Assembly: GCA_019635715.1 (NCBI GenBank)
Contig: JAHBYY010000011.1
Location: 6,904 to 70,903 of the forward strand
DNA from: Rhizobiaceae bacterium
GTDB taxonomy: Bacteria > Pseudomonadota > Alphaproteobacteria > Rhizobiales > Rhizobiaceae
Reading direction: 5' to 3'
DNA length: 64,000 bases
Made by a program: the position numbers and the translations under genes. Below the pieces are notes generated by a model. The model did no database searches. It saw only the letters and a program-made list of their open reading frames with translations, and was not told the origin of the DNA. Within the stretch, counting starts at the first letter, position 1. Each line of letters begins with the position of its first letter. Positions 42,304 to 50,940 of this stretch are shown in pieces.

Positions 42304-42824
42304 TCGGATTCTCCGCCAACATCCAGCGTCCGTCGAAGACGCGGGCGCTGGTCGAGGAGATCATGGCAGCGCTGGGCGGCGGCTTCGGTCCCGCCCACCT
42401 CCACGATCTCTCCGACACCGCCCGGGCCTTCGGCGGCGCCCTGCACGCGGGAGAACTGACCGGCGAGGCGGCGCGCGTGCTGGCGGCGATCGAGAGGGCG
42501 GATGCGCTGGTGGTCGCCAGCCCGGTCTACAAGGGCTCCTACACCGGCCTGTTCAAGCATGTCTTCGACCTCGTCCGGCCCGACGCGCTCTACCGCAAGC
42601 CGGTGATCGTCGCCGCGACCGGTGGCGGCCCGCGCCATGCGCTGGTGGTGGAGCACCAGATGCGTCCGCTCTTCGGCTTCTTCCGCGCCCGGGTGATGCC
42701 GACCGCGATCTATGCCTGCGACGCGGATTTTTCGGACGGAAAGCCGGCGGACACGACGGTCAGGGCGCGCATCGCCGAGGCAGCGGGCGAGCTGCTGGAC
42801 AGCCGCCCGGCCTTCGCGGCGTAG
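42297..42824 (+). CDS. NAD(P)H-dependent FMN reductase (MsuE/SsuE-like)
   Basis: RPSKT, SPVYKGSYTGLFKHVFD, ATGGGPRHALVVEHQMRPLFGFF; overlaps the monooxygenase end. Confidence 0.9.
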   Translation: MLIGFSANIQRPSKTRALVEEIMAALGGGFGPAHLHDLSDTARAFGGALHAGELTGEAARVLAAIERADALVVASPVYKGSYTGLFKHVFDLVRPDALYRKPVIVAATGGGPRHALVVEHQMRPLFGFFRARVMPTAIYACDADFSDGKPADTTVRARIAEAAGELLDSRPAFAA

Positions 42825-42831
42825 CGTCTCG

Positions 42832-43737
42832 TCAGACCTCGCCGCAGGTGATGCCGCGCTGGTTCTGGGCGAAGCGGACGTCTTCCCGGCGCGTCAAGGT
42901 GCGCAGCCTGTGGCAGCCGCATTCCTGGCCGAGCGTGGCGCGGATCATGGTTCGCAGGCTGATGCGCGAGGCCGGATGGCGCAGCTTCTCGTGCAGGGCG
43001 GAGGAGTCCTCCGGGGGCCGGTCCATGATGCCGTCCTGCCAGCGCACGATGAAGCTGGCGGCGACGTAGCAGGCGCCGATCTCGCGGGCGAGCGAGGCCT
43101 CGGCGCCCGTCGAATGATTCATCGCGTCGGCCCCCATGACCTTGTAGGCATGCGCCTCGGCACGACTGCCGAAGCGCGGACCCCAGTTGTGGGCGAAGAC
43201 CAACTGCTGGTCCTGCCCGACGACGCGGTGCGGCTGCGGCCAGAGCTCCTCGGCAGTCTCCTTCAGGAGGCCTGCCAACTGCGGGCAGAAAAGCTGCACG
43301 GACTGGCACGCCGCGGTCATCTTGCCCGACAGCGAGTAGCGGGTTTGCGACAGGTCGAGCACGTCCCAGGGGATGATGAAGTCTCCCGGCTTCAGCATGC
43401 GGTTCATCGAGCCGGAGGTCGAGTCCGCCAGAATCTTGCGGACGCCGGCCTCCTGGAGGATCCAGGCGACTTTGCGGAAGGCCTCGTGATCGATGGTGTC
43501 GATCGGCCATCCATGGGCGAAGACGTTGAGGATGCGCCTCGGCTCGCCGTCCGGCGTGCCGGCGCCGGAGACTTCGATGATCTGCCAGTTCTCGCTCGGG
43601 CCCCACGGCGTTTCGAAGACCAGGCCGCGCTCCCTGACCGAGACGCCCGGCTCCAGAACATCGTCGGGGAACATCAGGCCCCATTGGGCACTGCCGGAAA
43701 TGAGGGCGAAGGGAATCTGCGGGATCGTGTCGGACAA
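42832..43737 (-). CDS. Divergent MTAP-like nucleoside phosphorylase (PNP_UDP_1 fold)
   Basis: ETPWG, GSM...PGDFIIP.D..D, FCPQL, GPRFGSRAE, EASLAREIGACY align to the MTAP pattern; TTG start; several active-site substitutions. Confidence 0.75.
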   Translation of the reverse strand: MSDTIPQIPFALISGSAQWGLMFPDDVLEPGVSVRERGLVFETPWGPSENWQIIEVSGAGTPDGEPRRILNVFAHGWPIDTIDHEAFRKVAWILQEAGVRKILADSTSGSMNRMLKPGDFIIPWDVLDLSQTRYSLSGKMTAACQSVQLFCPQLAGLLKETAEELWPQPHRVVGQDQQLVFAHNWGPRFGSRAEAHAYKVMGADAMNHSTGAEASLAREIGACYVAASFIVRWQDGIMDRPPEDSSALHEKLRHPASRISLRTMIRATLGQECGCHRLRTLTRREDVRFAQNQRGITCGEV

Positions 43738-43749
43738 TGGAGCGACCTT

Positions 43750-46404
43750 TCAGGGGGACAGGATACGGATGTCGCCCGCGGCGCGCAGTTCGAGGCGCGG
43801 CGCGGCGGTGAGGCCGGAGGGCTGGCCGGCACCGGCCGCATGGACCGTGCCGGAATAGTAGCGGTTGGCGGCCGTGTTGCGGACGCGGAGCTCGACGGCG
43901 ATCCGCCCCTTGCCCGGCAGCGGGAACACGGCTTCGCCGGCGACATGGCGGCCAGCGATCCCGCCATCGACGATGCACTCGGCCGTGCCGTCGAGGCCGG
44001 GGCAGACCAGGCTCCAGCCCCGCCCGTCGTGGCGCGGCGGAAGATCGATGTCGCGGCGATAGATGCCGGTGCCGGCAAAGGTCGCGAAACCCTGCCGCTC
44101 CCAGCCCATATCCGTGCGGACCGGCCGAAACGGACCGCCGGCGGAAAAGCTCCAGCCGTCGCCGAGGACCACCGGCGGCGGCGGCTCGAACGCAACCGCC
44201 GGCACCGATGTGCCTGGTGCCCTGGCGGGCCGGACCTCGACGCAGAGCAGGGCATGCGCCGCGAGCTCGACGCGGACTGCGCCGCCGACGCCTTGCGCGA
44301 GCGACGAGATCGCGCCCGTCTCGGGATGCCAGCGCGAGAGATCGACCGGGCCGTCTCCCAGTGAGAACCCGGCCACGCGCGGCCGCGGCTGGTCGTTGAA
44401 CAGTGCCAGCCGCTGCGTTCCATCGAGCCGGCTCGTCGTGGCGAAGGTCGGCCCGGCCTCGAACCGCACGGGCGGCGGCGGCAGAACCTCGCCAAGCAGG
44501 GCGGCGAGCGTGTCGAGGCAGGGGTCTTCGACATGGCTGCAAGGCAGGGCGGCAAGCGTCGCTGCCAGCGACGCGTCGAAGCCGGTTTCGCGCGTCTGCC
44601 GGGGGAGGCCGCCCGATGCCGCCAGCCGGCCTCCGGTGCCGGCGAAGGCGCCGATCACCGCCGCCGTCGCCGGTCCCGCCAGCGTGCCGACCGCCGGCAG
44701 GACCAGCATCGCGTAGCGTCCGGAGGGCAGCCGCAGTTGCCCGTTCGACACTTCCGCGGCGGCGAGCCCGCTTTCGTCAATCACGTCGAAGCCGATGCCG
44801 GCCAGCGTCATGGCCTCCGCCCACAGGCCGAAGTGCCGGCCGCAGGCCGAGGCGGGGCCTTCGGCGCGAATGGTCTCCAACGGGTAGAGCAGAGCCACCG
44901 GCCGCACCGGCTCGCCCTCCTCGACGAAGACGGACAGGCGGGCGAGCTCGTCGAAAACGTCGGGCACGTCCTGCCACCAGGGTTCGAAATTGAACCCCGG
45001 GGCAAAGTCGAAGCGCGGATTGACGCCCGTTCCGGCACCGGGCGCGAAACCGTCGGTCAGATAGAGCGCATGCAGCACGACGCGGCGCGCGCCCTGCAGG
45101 GTGTGGCGGATCGCCTGGGCGCGAAGGCGCTGCAGCGTCAATCCCCATTGGCCGGCGCCGCCCGGCATGCCGGTCTCGCGGCCGGTCGAATACTGTTCCA
45201 GCGTGCAGCGCGAGCGGCCATTGGCGCGGGCGACCGAGTCGCCGAGCCTGGCGGCGAGCTGCGGGCGATAGTCGGCGGCATCGACCGAGGTCGCGGTGCG
45301 GTATCTGTCGACGCCGAAATAGTCGACGCCGGGCATCGAGCGCGGGTCGATGCCGGTGAGCCCGTCATGCAGCCCCCAGCCCCCGACATGAGTCAGCAGT
45401 TCATGGCCGCTGAACCCGATGCCGCGCGCATCGCACCAGCCGCGCAGCGTTCCGAAAAAGGCCTCGTGCAGGCGGTCGCCATAGGCGCGGAAGAAACCGG
45501 CGCGCAGCTTCGCGGTGTCGGGCCCGACATCTTCGGTGAGGGCGCAAAGTTGGAGTTCGAGCGACGCCGTGCCGAGGAGAGCCGGCAGGCGCCTGTCCCA
45601 CAGCAGGCTGTTGCCCAGATCGCCTGCCATGTCCCGCCAGCGGTAGAAACCGGCATAGGGATGGTCGAAGAAGACGCTCTTCGCGCCGCCGCCGGCCGCG
45701 TCCAGGAGCGGGCCGTAGACCAGTTCGGCGTAGCGTTCGGCCGCCTCCGGCATCAGATAATTGATCAGGCGCGAGGTGCGGCACCGGGCGGACACGAAAA
45801 CGGTGACCGACTGTTCCGCATCGGCCCGGACCTCGACCGTGCAGGAAACATCGTCTTCGGCGACGATCCGCGCCTGGCGGGTAAGCGGCGCGAGCCGGCG
45901 GCCCGGTCCGCGTGCCGCGGCGGCGACGATCTGCCACTCGTCCCACAGCGGCTCGCCGCCTTCGTAGCACCACCGCCGGCCCTCATCGCCGAGGAAGTCC
46001 AGCCAGGCGGAGCGGATGTCGCGGAATGTCGCACGGGCCAGCCCGCCGCGCACCGGAACGGTCAGCCAGAACAGATGGCGTTCGCGAAGATGGTCGGCGC
46101 CCTCGACGGTCCGGCCGCCGCCATGGCCGGACATCCAGTTGTACTCGTCGTAGATCTCGACCGAAATGCCCAGGCGGGCGGCCTCGGCGCAGGCAAAGCG
46201 ATAGGCGTCGAGGAAGGCCGGCGAAAGATAGTCGTCGAGCGAGAGCCCCAGCCTTGCCTGGATCATGATCGTGCCGAGGCCGGAACGGGCGATCCCCGCG
46301 AGGCCGGAGACGATCTCGGCGGGCCCCGGAATGTGATGCCAGAACCAGAACGCGCCGGGCCGGAACGGCGACGCCGGACAGCGGAACCCGTCTGGCGCGT
46401 CCAT
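43750..46404 (-). CDS. GH106-like (alpha-L-rhamnosidase-like) glycoside hydrolase with C-terminal GH2-type sugar-binding domain, 884 aa
   Basis: RPGAFWFWH, YLSPAF, IYDEYNWMSGHGGG, PGVD, VALLYP, FAGTGIYRR motifs; no signal peptide seen. Confidence 0.65.
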   Translation of the reverse strand: MDAPDGFRCPASPFRPGAFWFWHHIPGPAEIVSGLAGIARSGLGTIMIQARLGLSLDDYLSPAFLDAYRFACAEAARLGISVEIYDEYNWMSGHGGGRTVEGADHLRERHLFWLTVPVRGGLARATFRDIRSAWLDFLGDEGRRWCYEGGEPLWDEWQIVAAAARGPGRRLAPLTRQARIVAEDDVSCTVEVRADAEQSVTVFVSARCRTSRLINYLMPEAAERYAELVYGPLLDAAGGGAKSVFFDHPYAGFYRWRDMAGDLGNSLLWDRRLPALLGTASLELQLCALTEDVGPDTAKLRAGFFRAYGDRLHEAFFGTLRGWCDARGIGFSGHELLTHVGGWGLHDGLTGIDPRSMPGVDYFGVDRYRTATSVDAADYRPQLAARLGDSVARANGRSRCTLEQYSTGRETGMPGGAGQWGLTLQRLRAQAIRHTLQGARRVVLHALYLTDGFAPGAGTGVNPRFDFAPGFNFEPWWQDVPDVFDELARLSVFVEEGEPVRPVALLYPLETIRAEGPASACGRHFGLWAEAMTLAGIGFDVIDESGLAAAEVSNGQLRLPSGRYAMLVLPAVGTLAGPATAAVIGAFAGTGGRLAASGGLPRQTRETGFDASLAATLAALPCSHVEDPCLDTLAALLGEVLPPPPVRFEAGPTFATTSRLDGTQRLALFNDQPRPRVAGFSLGDGPVDLSRWHPETGAISSLAQGVGGAVRVELAAHALLCVEVRPARAPGTSVPAVAFEPPPPVVLGDGWSFSAGGPFRPVRTDMGWERQGFATFAGTGIYRRDIDLPPRHDGRGWSLVCPGLDGTAECIVDGGIAGRHVAGEAVFPLPGKGRIAVELRVRNTAANRYYSGTVHAAGAGQPSGLTAAPRLELRAAGDIRILSP

Positions 46405-46409
46405 CGTGC

Positions 46410-48635
46410 TCAGGGGCTCGGGGCCAGATGGACGACGAGGCGGCGCCCATCGGCATCCGCCAGCGAGAACCGCAATTGCCCATCTTCCCCGGTCCAGGCG
46501 ACCGCCTCGCCGTCGAGGCGCGCCGCCACCACCCTGCCCGGCGCGATGCCCGGCAGGACGATGTCGAAACCGCTGCCGGCGGCCGGATGCAGCGTCATCG
46601 AAATGGCGGTCTCGGCGATTGCCAGATTGGCGACGCGGCCGCGGGTCGGCATGACCAGGAGCGTCCGATCCGGCGCCGACAGCGTGAGCACGCCCTGCTC
46701 GACCACGACGCCGACCGGCCCCACCGGCGTCTCGACGGGTCCCAGCGAGGTCGGTTCGCCGTCGTTGCGCAATTCCCAACCGGCCCAGGGATTGATGTCC
46801 ATGATGTCCGCAACGCCGAGCAGCGGCAGCATCGCCCCCCAGGAATAGAAGGGGTCGGTGTCGCCCTGGTCCATCGCCTCGCCGGTCTCGGCATTGTAGT
46901 TCTCGGCGATGACCCGTTCGGTCCACGATTTCTCGAACAGCTTCATGCACTTTGCCGCGAAGGCGCGGGCCTCGGCGTCGAAGCCGTTGCGGCGCAGCGC
47001 GTGCCAGACGAAATAGTTGACGTTGGGCCAGATGCGGCCGCGCCAGTAGACGTTGTCGCGATAGGCGGGATCGTCGCGCGCGGCGTTGGGGATCACCCAT
47101 TCGCCGCCGAACGTCCGCGGATCGTCGAGATGGGCGAGCAGCCTGCGCGCCTGGTCCGGCGTGGCCGCGCCGCAGATCAGCGGATAGAAGCTCGTCGGCG
47201 CCAGGCTGCGCACGAAGCCGCCCCTGCGCTGGCGGTTGGCGAAGATGCCGCGCTCATCGTCCCACAATTCGGTGCGGATCCGATCGCGGCTCGACGCGGC
47301 GAGGGCGTCGAGCTCCGCCGCCTCGTCAGGGCGCCCCAGTTCGCGGGCGATCAGCGCCAGCATCTCGGCGTCGAGCGCCAGCACCGAGTTCAGGCCGACA
47401 TCGAAGGTGGAGAGGGTGCGCGTTCCGGGCTCGTAGGCGGCCTCGTCATGCGTCGCGGAATTGTCCATGCCGGTTTCGTTGCGCGCGCCGAAATGCATGC
47501 CCTTGTACATGCCCTCGCCGACATCGGAGGTGCCGCAGGAGACGAGCCCGCGCCGATCCGGATCGCGCATCTCGCGCCACCAGAGCTGGTTGCGCCGCAG
47601 CGGTTCGTAGACGAGTTCGAGCAGCGAGCGGTCGCGGCTGCGCAGGAACATCATCCAGGCCATGAAGGCACCGTTGGGCGCCTGCGTGCGGTCGACCCAG
47701 GAATCGTTGACATTGGTGATGCAGGCAAAATTTCCCTGCGGCGTGGCGTTGGCCATCGCCGCCACCATGTTGTCGAAGCCGAGGCGGCGATCGAACAGGC
47801 CGCACATCAGCGCGTGGTAGGTGGCGTCGTTGTACCAGACGGCAAAACCGCCGAGGTCCCACATCCGGCTCGTCGCGGTGAAGTTGCGGTGGTTCGCGGT
47901 GTCGCGCAGCGTGTTCCACCCCATCACGTCGCAGACCGCGTCGAGCGCGCCGGCGTTGCGGCCGGCCTGCGACGGCAGCCGGGGCGCGGGCGCGCCGTCG
48001 GCGAGGCATTTGCGCGCCTTCGCCACGGCGAGCGCACGGCTGTCCGCGACGGCTGCCGCGAAACGCGTGTGCCTCGACATTTCCAGTTCGAAGCGCAGGG
48101 CGAGCGCGCGGGCCTCGTTGCCGCGGCTGCCGAGATAGAAATAGCCGTTGGCGTCGAAATCGGCGACCAGGCCGGCGACCGTTTCATGGGCGGTCACCTG
48201 GACGGGGCTGACCGAGGTGACGAGCGCGACGAAGCGCGTTCCGACCTTGATGGTCGCCGCCTGCTCGGTCTCGTCGAACACCGCGACGGCGCCGTTCTCG
48301 GCGGAAAGACACAGCGACACCCAGTAGCGCAGCCCCCATTCGCCATGATGCGCGCAGCGCCATTCTCCGTGGACGGCCCAGGGGTCGCTCTTGTCGTAGC
48401 GGAAGTCGAGATGGGTGCCGCCGTGACGCGTCCGGAAGGCGATGTGTTCGCCATCGATGCCGTGGCGTCCGAGGACCAGGTCAGGTCCCGGGCGGATCGT
48501 CGTCGCCGTGCCGGCACGGCTGGAGAACAGCACCGGCGTGAGCCTCACGCCGAGCGGCAGAAAGACCATCTCCGCCGGCCGGCTGGACCAGGTGTTCCAG
48601 GCACGCGCGACCGGGACGTCGGCATCGACAAGCAT
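46410..48635 (-). CDS. GH63-like (MGH1/trehalase-like) (alpha/alpha)6 glycoside hydrolase, 741 aa
   Basis: WYNDA, DRTQAP, ETGMDNS, YWRGRIWPNVNY, AENYN, YSWG motifs. Confidence 0.8.
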   Translation of the reverse strand: MLVDADVPVARAWNTWSSRPAEMVFLPLGVRLTPVLFSSRAGTATTIRPGPDLVLGRHGIDGEHIAFRTRHGGTHLDFRYDKSDPWAVHGEWRCAHHGEWGLRYWVSLCLSAENGAVAVFDETEQAATIKVGTRFVALVTSVSPVQVTAHETVAGLVADFDANGYFYLGSRGNEARALALRFELEMSRHTRFAAAVADSRALAVAKARKCLADGAPAPRLPSQAGRNAGALDAVCDVMGWNTLRDTANHRNFTATSRMWDLGGFAVWYNDATYHALMCGLFDRRLGFDNMVAAMANATPQGNFACITNVNDSWVDRTQAPNGAFMAWMMFLRSRDRSLLELVYEPLRRNQLWWREMRDPDRRGLVSCGTSDVGEGMYKGMHFGARNETGMDNSATHDEAAYEPGTRTLSTFDVGLNSVLALDAEMLALIARELGRPDEAAELDALAASSRDRIRTELWDDERGIFANRQRRGGFVRSLAPTSFYPLICGAATPDQARRLLAHLDDPRTFGGEWVIPNAARDDPAYRDNVYWRGRIWPNVNYFVWHALRRNGFDAEARAFAAKCMKLFEKSWTERVIAENYNAETGEAMDQGDTDPFYSWGAMLPLLGVADIMDINPWAGWELRNDGEPTSLGPVETPVGPVGVVVEQGVLTLSAPDRTLLVMPTRGRVANLAIAETAISMTLHPAAGSGFDIVLPGIAPGRVVAARLDGEAVAWTGEDGQLRFSLADADGRRLVVHLAPSP

Positions 48636-48679
48636 CGGCAAATGTCCTGCATGCGGGCGCGCCGGCCCGTCCGGGAGGG

Positions 48680-48709
48680 GATCGGGGCGGGCCGGAGCCC
48701 GCCCCGATC
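48680..48709 (-). other. GC-rich stem-loop between the SBP and GH63 genes (no U-tract)
   Basis: GATCGGGGCGGGC-CGGA-GCCCGCCCCGATC 13-bp perfect stem; more likely mRNA-stabilising than a strong terminator. Confidence 0.55.
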
Positions 48710-48726
48710 GTGATCGGCGGCCCGCG

Positions 48727-49806
48727 CTACTGCGCGTACTCGGTCTTCACCTCGGCCCACATGTCGGCGATCACCTGGCGCTCGTCCTCGGTCAGCGGCA
48801 CCGCGAACTTCAGGCGCGACAGCACGTCGGGGCGACCCATGACCGTCCTGTTGAAGGCGTCCTCCGGCAGCCCGGCCACCGCCTTGGCGTTGGCGGAAAC
48901 CGCGGCACCCGCCGTGGTGTCCCAGGTGATGTAGAAGTCCGGGCTGACCATATAGTCGATGAACTTCTCGGCCGCTTCCTTGTTCGGCGCATCCTTGGCG
49001 ATCATCATGACGTCGAACCAGGCCGAGGCGCCCTCCTCCGGGATGACGAAATCGATCGGCAGCTTGTGGCGCTTGAGGGCGCGCGCGGCACCGCCGGCCC
49101 AGATCTCGCCCATATCGAAGTTCTTGGCGGCCATACCCTTCATCCACTCGTCCTCGGAGGCCCAGAAGACGCGGATCTGCGGCTTGAGCGCCAGCAACTT
49201 CTCCTTGATTGCCGCCATGTCCTCCGGGTGGTTCATGTCCTGGCCCAGCGCCAGCGCCGCCATCTGGACGTTGTAGATGCCGTCGTCGCGCAGGGCGACG
49301 CGGCCGGCATATTTGGGATCCCACAGCGCGTTCACCGAGGTGATCTTCTCCTTGATGGTCTCGGTGTTGTAGGCGAACGAGTTGATGCCCCACACCCACG
49401 GCACGCCCCAGGTCTGATCGCCGACCTTGACGATCTCGCTGTCCTTGAACTGGGCCGAGATGTCGCCGAAATTGCTGATCTTCGACGTGTCGACCGGCTC
49501 GATCAGCCCCTCGTCGCGGGCGGCCGGGAGGAAGGGCGTGCCGACCACGACGACGTCATAGGCGCCCGGGCTGGTGCGCATCTTGGTCAGCATCTCCTGC
49601 TCGGAAGTGTAGTAGTCGTGGACGACCGTGACGCCGGTCATCTCCTTGAACTTCTCCACCGCGAACTTCTCGTCGGTACCGTAGCCGTTCCAGTTCAGAA
49701 CGCGTATCTCCTGCGCCTGGGCGGCGGTCAGGCCGGCCGACAGCGTCAGCATTGTCGTGGCGGCGAGCGCCGCGGCGGTCGAAAGAATGATGTTGCGCCT
49801 GTTCAT
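48727..49806 (-). CDS. ABC substrate-binding protein, PotD/PotF family
   Basis: MNRRNII..AQA signal (twin Arg), LNWNGY, WGINSFAYN, LWDPKYAGRV, IPEEGASAWFD, APNKEAAEKFIDY. Confidence 0.88.
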   Translation of the reverse strand: MNRRNIILSTAAALAATTMLTLSAGLTAAQAQEIRVLNWNGYGTDEKFAVEKFKEMTGVTVVHDYYTSEQEMLTKMRTSPGAYDVVVVGTPFLPAARDEGLIEPVDTSKISNFGDISAQFKDSEIVKVGDQTWGVPWVWGINSFAYNTETIKEKITSVNALWDPKYAGRVALRDDGIYNVQMAALALGQDMNHPEDMAAIKEKLLALKPQIRVFWASEDEWMKGMAAKNFDMGEIWAGGAARALKRHKLPIDFVIPEEGASAWFDVMMIAKDAPNKEAAEKFIDYMVSPDFYITWDTTAGAAVSANAKAVAGLPEDAFNRTVMGRPDVLSRLKFAVPLTEDERQVIADMWAEVKTEYAQ

Positions 49807-49874
49807 GTCGAATTCCTTTTCCCCAGCTTGTGTATGCGTCGATTCTGTTTGGCGAAAATGCGGCTCCCGCGCAT

Positions 49875-50009
49875 GTTCGTATGCTAACATTATCCCACGC
49901 TTTCCCTTGCGCAAGAGGGGAATTGGATGAATCTTCGAGCGGTTCGCTGCCTGGCGGAAAAAACCGGCTTGCCACCAAACCGGAAACGCGCTTAAGTTCG
50001 TATACGAAC
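49875..50009. promoter_or_regulatory. MarR-type operators in the divergent ABC promoter
   Basis: Perfect palindrome GTTCGTATACGAAC (49996-50009) and imperfect copy GTTCGTATGCTAAC (49875-49888). Confidence 0.65.
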
Positions 50010-50066
50010 AGTAATTGGGAAACGTCCCGACGGCAGTCGGTCGGGCGTCATGTCGTCGAGGCAGCC

Positions 50067-50930
50067 ATGACAAGCAGCGCCAGGCGCCTGCGCGCCATTC
50101 TCGGCCTGAGCGGGCCGACCGCCCTCTGGCTCGTCGTGACGGTGGCGTTGCCGCTGGCGGCGATGCTGGTCTTCAGCTTCCTCACCGTCGTGCCGATGGG
50201 CGGACGCGAGGCTGCGTTCACGCTCAAGCACTACACGGATTTCTTCACGCGTCCGCTTTACCTGACCAATGCCTGGCGGTCGGTCCGGCTGGGGCTCGAG
50301 GTCACCTTCTTCTGCGCGCTGGTCGGCTATCCGGCCGCCTATGTCCTCGCCAGGACGATCAAGGGACGCTGGCGCGAGGCCCTGCTGCTGCTCGTCGTGC
50401 TGCCGTTCTGGAGCAACAGCCTGGTGCGCACCTTCTCCTGGACGATGGTGCTCAACGACAACGGCTTGCTGGCGCGCGCGGTCCACGGCGTCCTTCCGTT
50501 CGCGCCGTCCTTCGACCTGCTCTACACCTATCCGGCGATCGTCATCGGGCTGATGCAGGCCTACCTGCCCTACATGATCCTCACCTGCTACATCTCGCTG
50601 CAGGCGATCGACGACAGCCTGTCGGAAGCGGCCTACAGCCTCGGCGCATCGCGCTTCGACGTGTTCCGCCGGGTGATCCTGCCGCTCAGCCTGCCGGGCC
50701 TGGTGGCCGGCTCGATCCTGATCTTCGTGCCGGTGCTCGGCGCCTTCATGGAGCCCCGCATCCTCGGCGGCCAGCAGGCCATCATGCTCGGCACGCTGAT
50801 CGAGAGCCAGTTCACGGCATCGTTCAACTGGCCGCTCGGCGCGGCGCTCGGCTTCATCATGCTGGTGATCGTGCTTCTGATCATGGGGTTGTTCTACCCC
50901 GTGCTGAAGAAGCACATCTCGGTCGACTGA
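50067..50930 (+). CDS. ABC permease, PotB-like
   Basis: GYPAAY, LPFWSNSLVR, EAAYSLGAS (EAA loop), NWPLGAAL. Confidence 0.9.
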   Translation: MTSSARRLRAILGLSGPTALWLVVTVALPLAAMLVFSFLTVVPMGGREAAFTLKHYTDFFTRPLYLTNAWRSVRLGLEVTFFCALVGYPAAYVLARTIKGRWREALLLLVVLPFWSNSLVRTFSWTMVLNDNGLLARAVHGVLPFAPSFDLLYTYPAIVIGLMQAYLPYMILTCYISLQAIDDSLSEAAYSLGASRFDVFRRVILPLSLPGLVAGSILIFVPVLGAFMEPRILGGQQAIMLGTLIESQFTASFNWPLGAALGFIMLVIVLLIMGLFYPVLKKHISVD

Positions 50931-50940
50931 GGGTTTGGCA

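Noticed and set aside
43750-47100. 1116-aa version of the GH106-like ORF
   Set aside because: The first ~230 codons overlap the GH63 gene in another frame and are Arg/Gly-rich noise; family-like sequence starts at ATG 46404.
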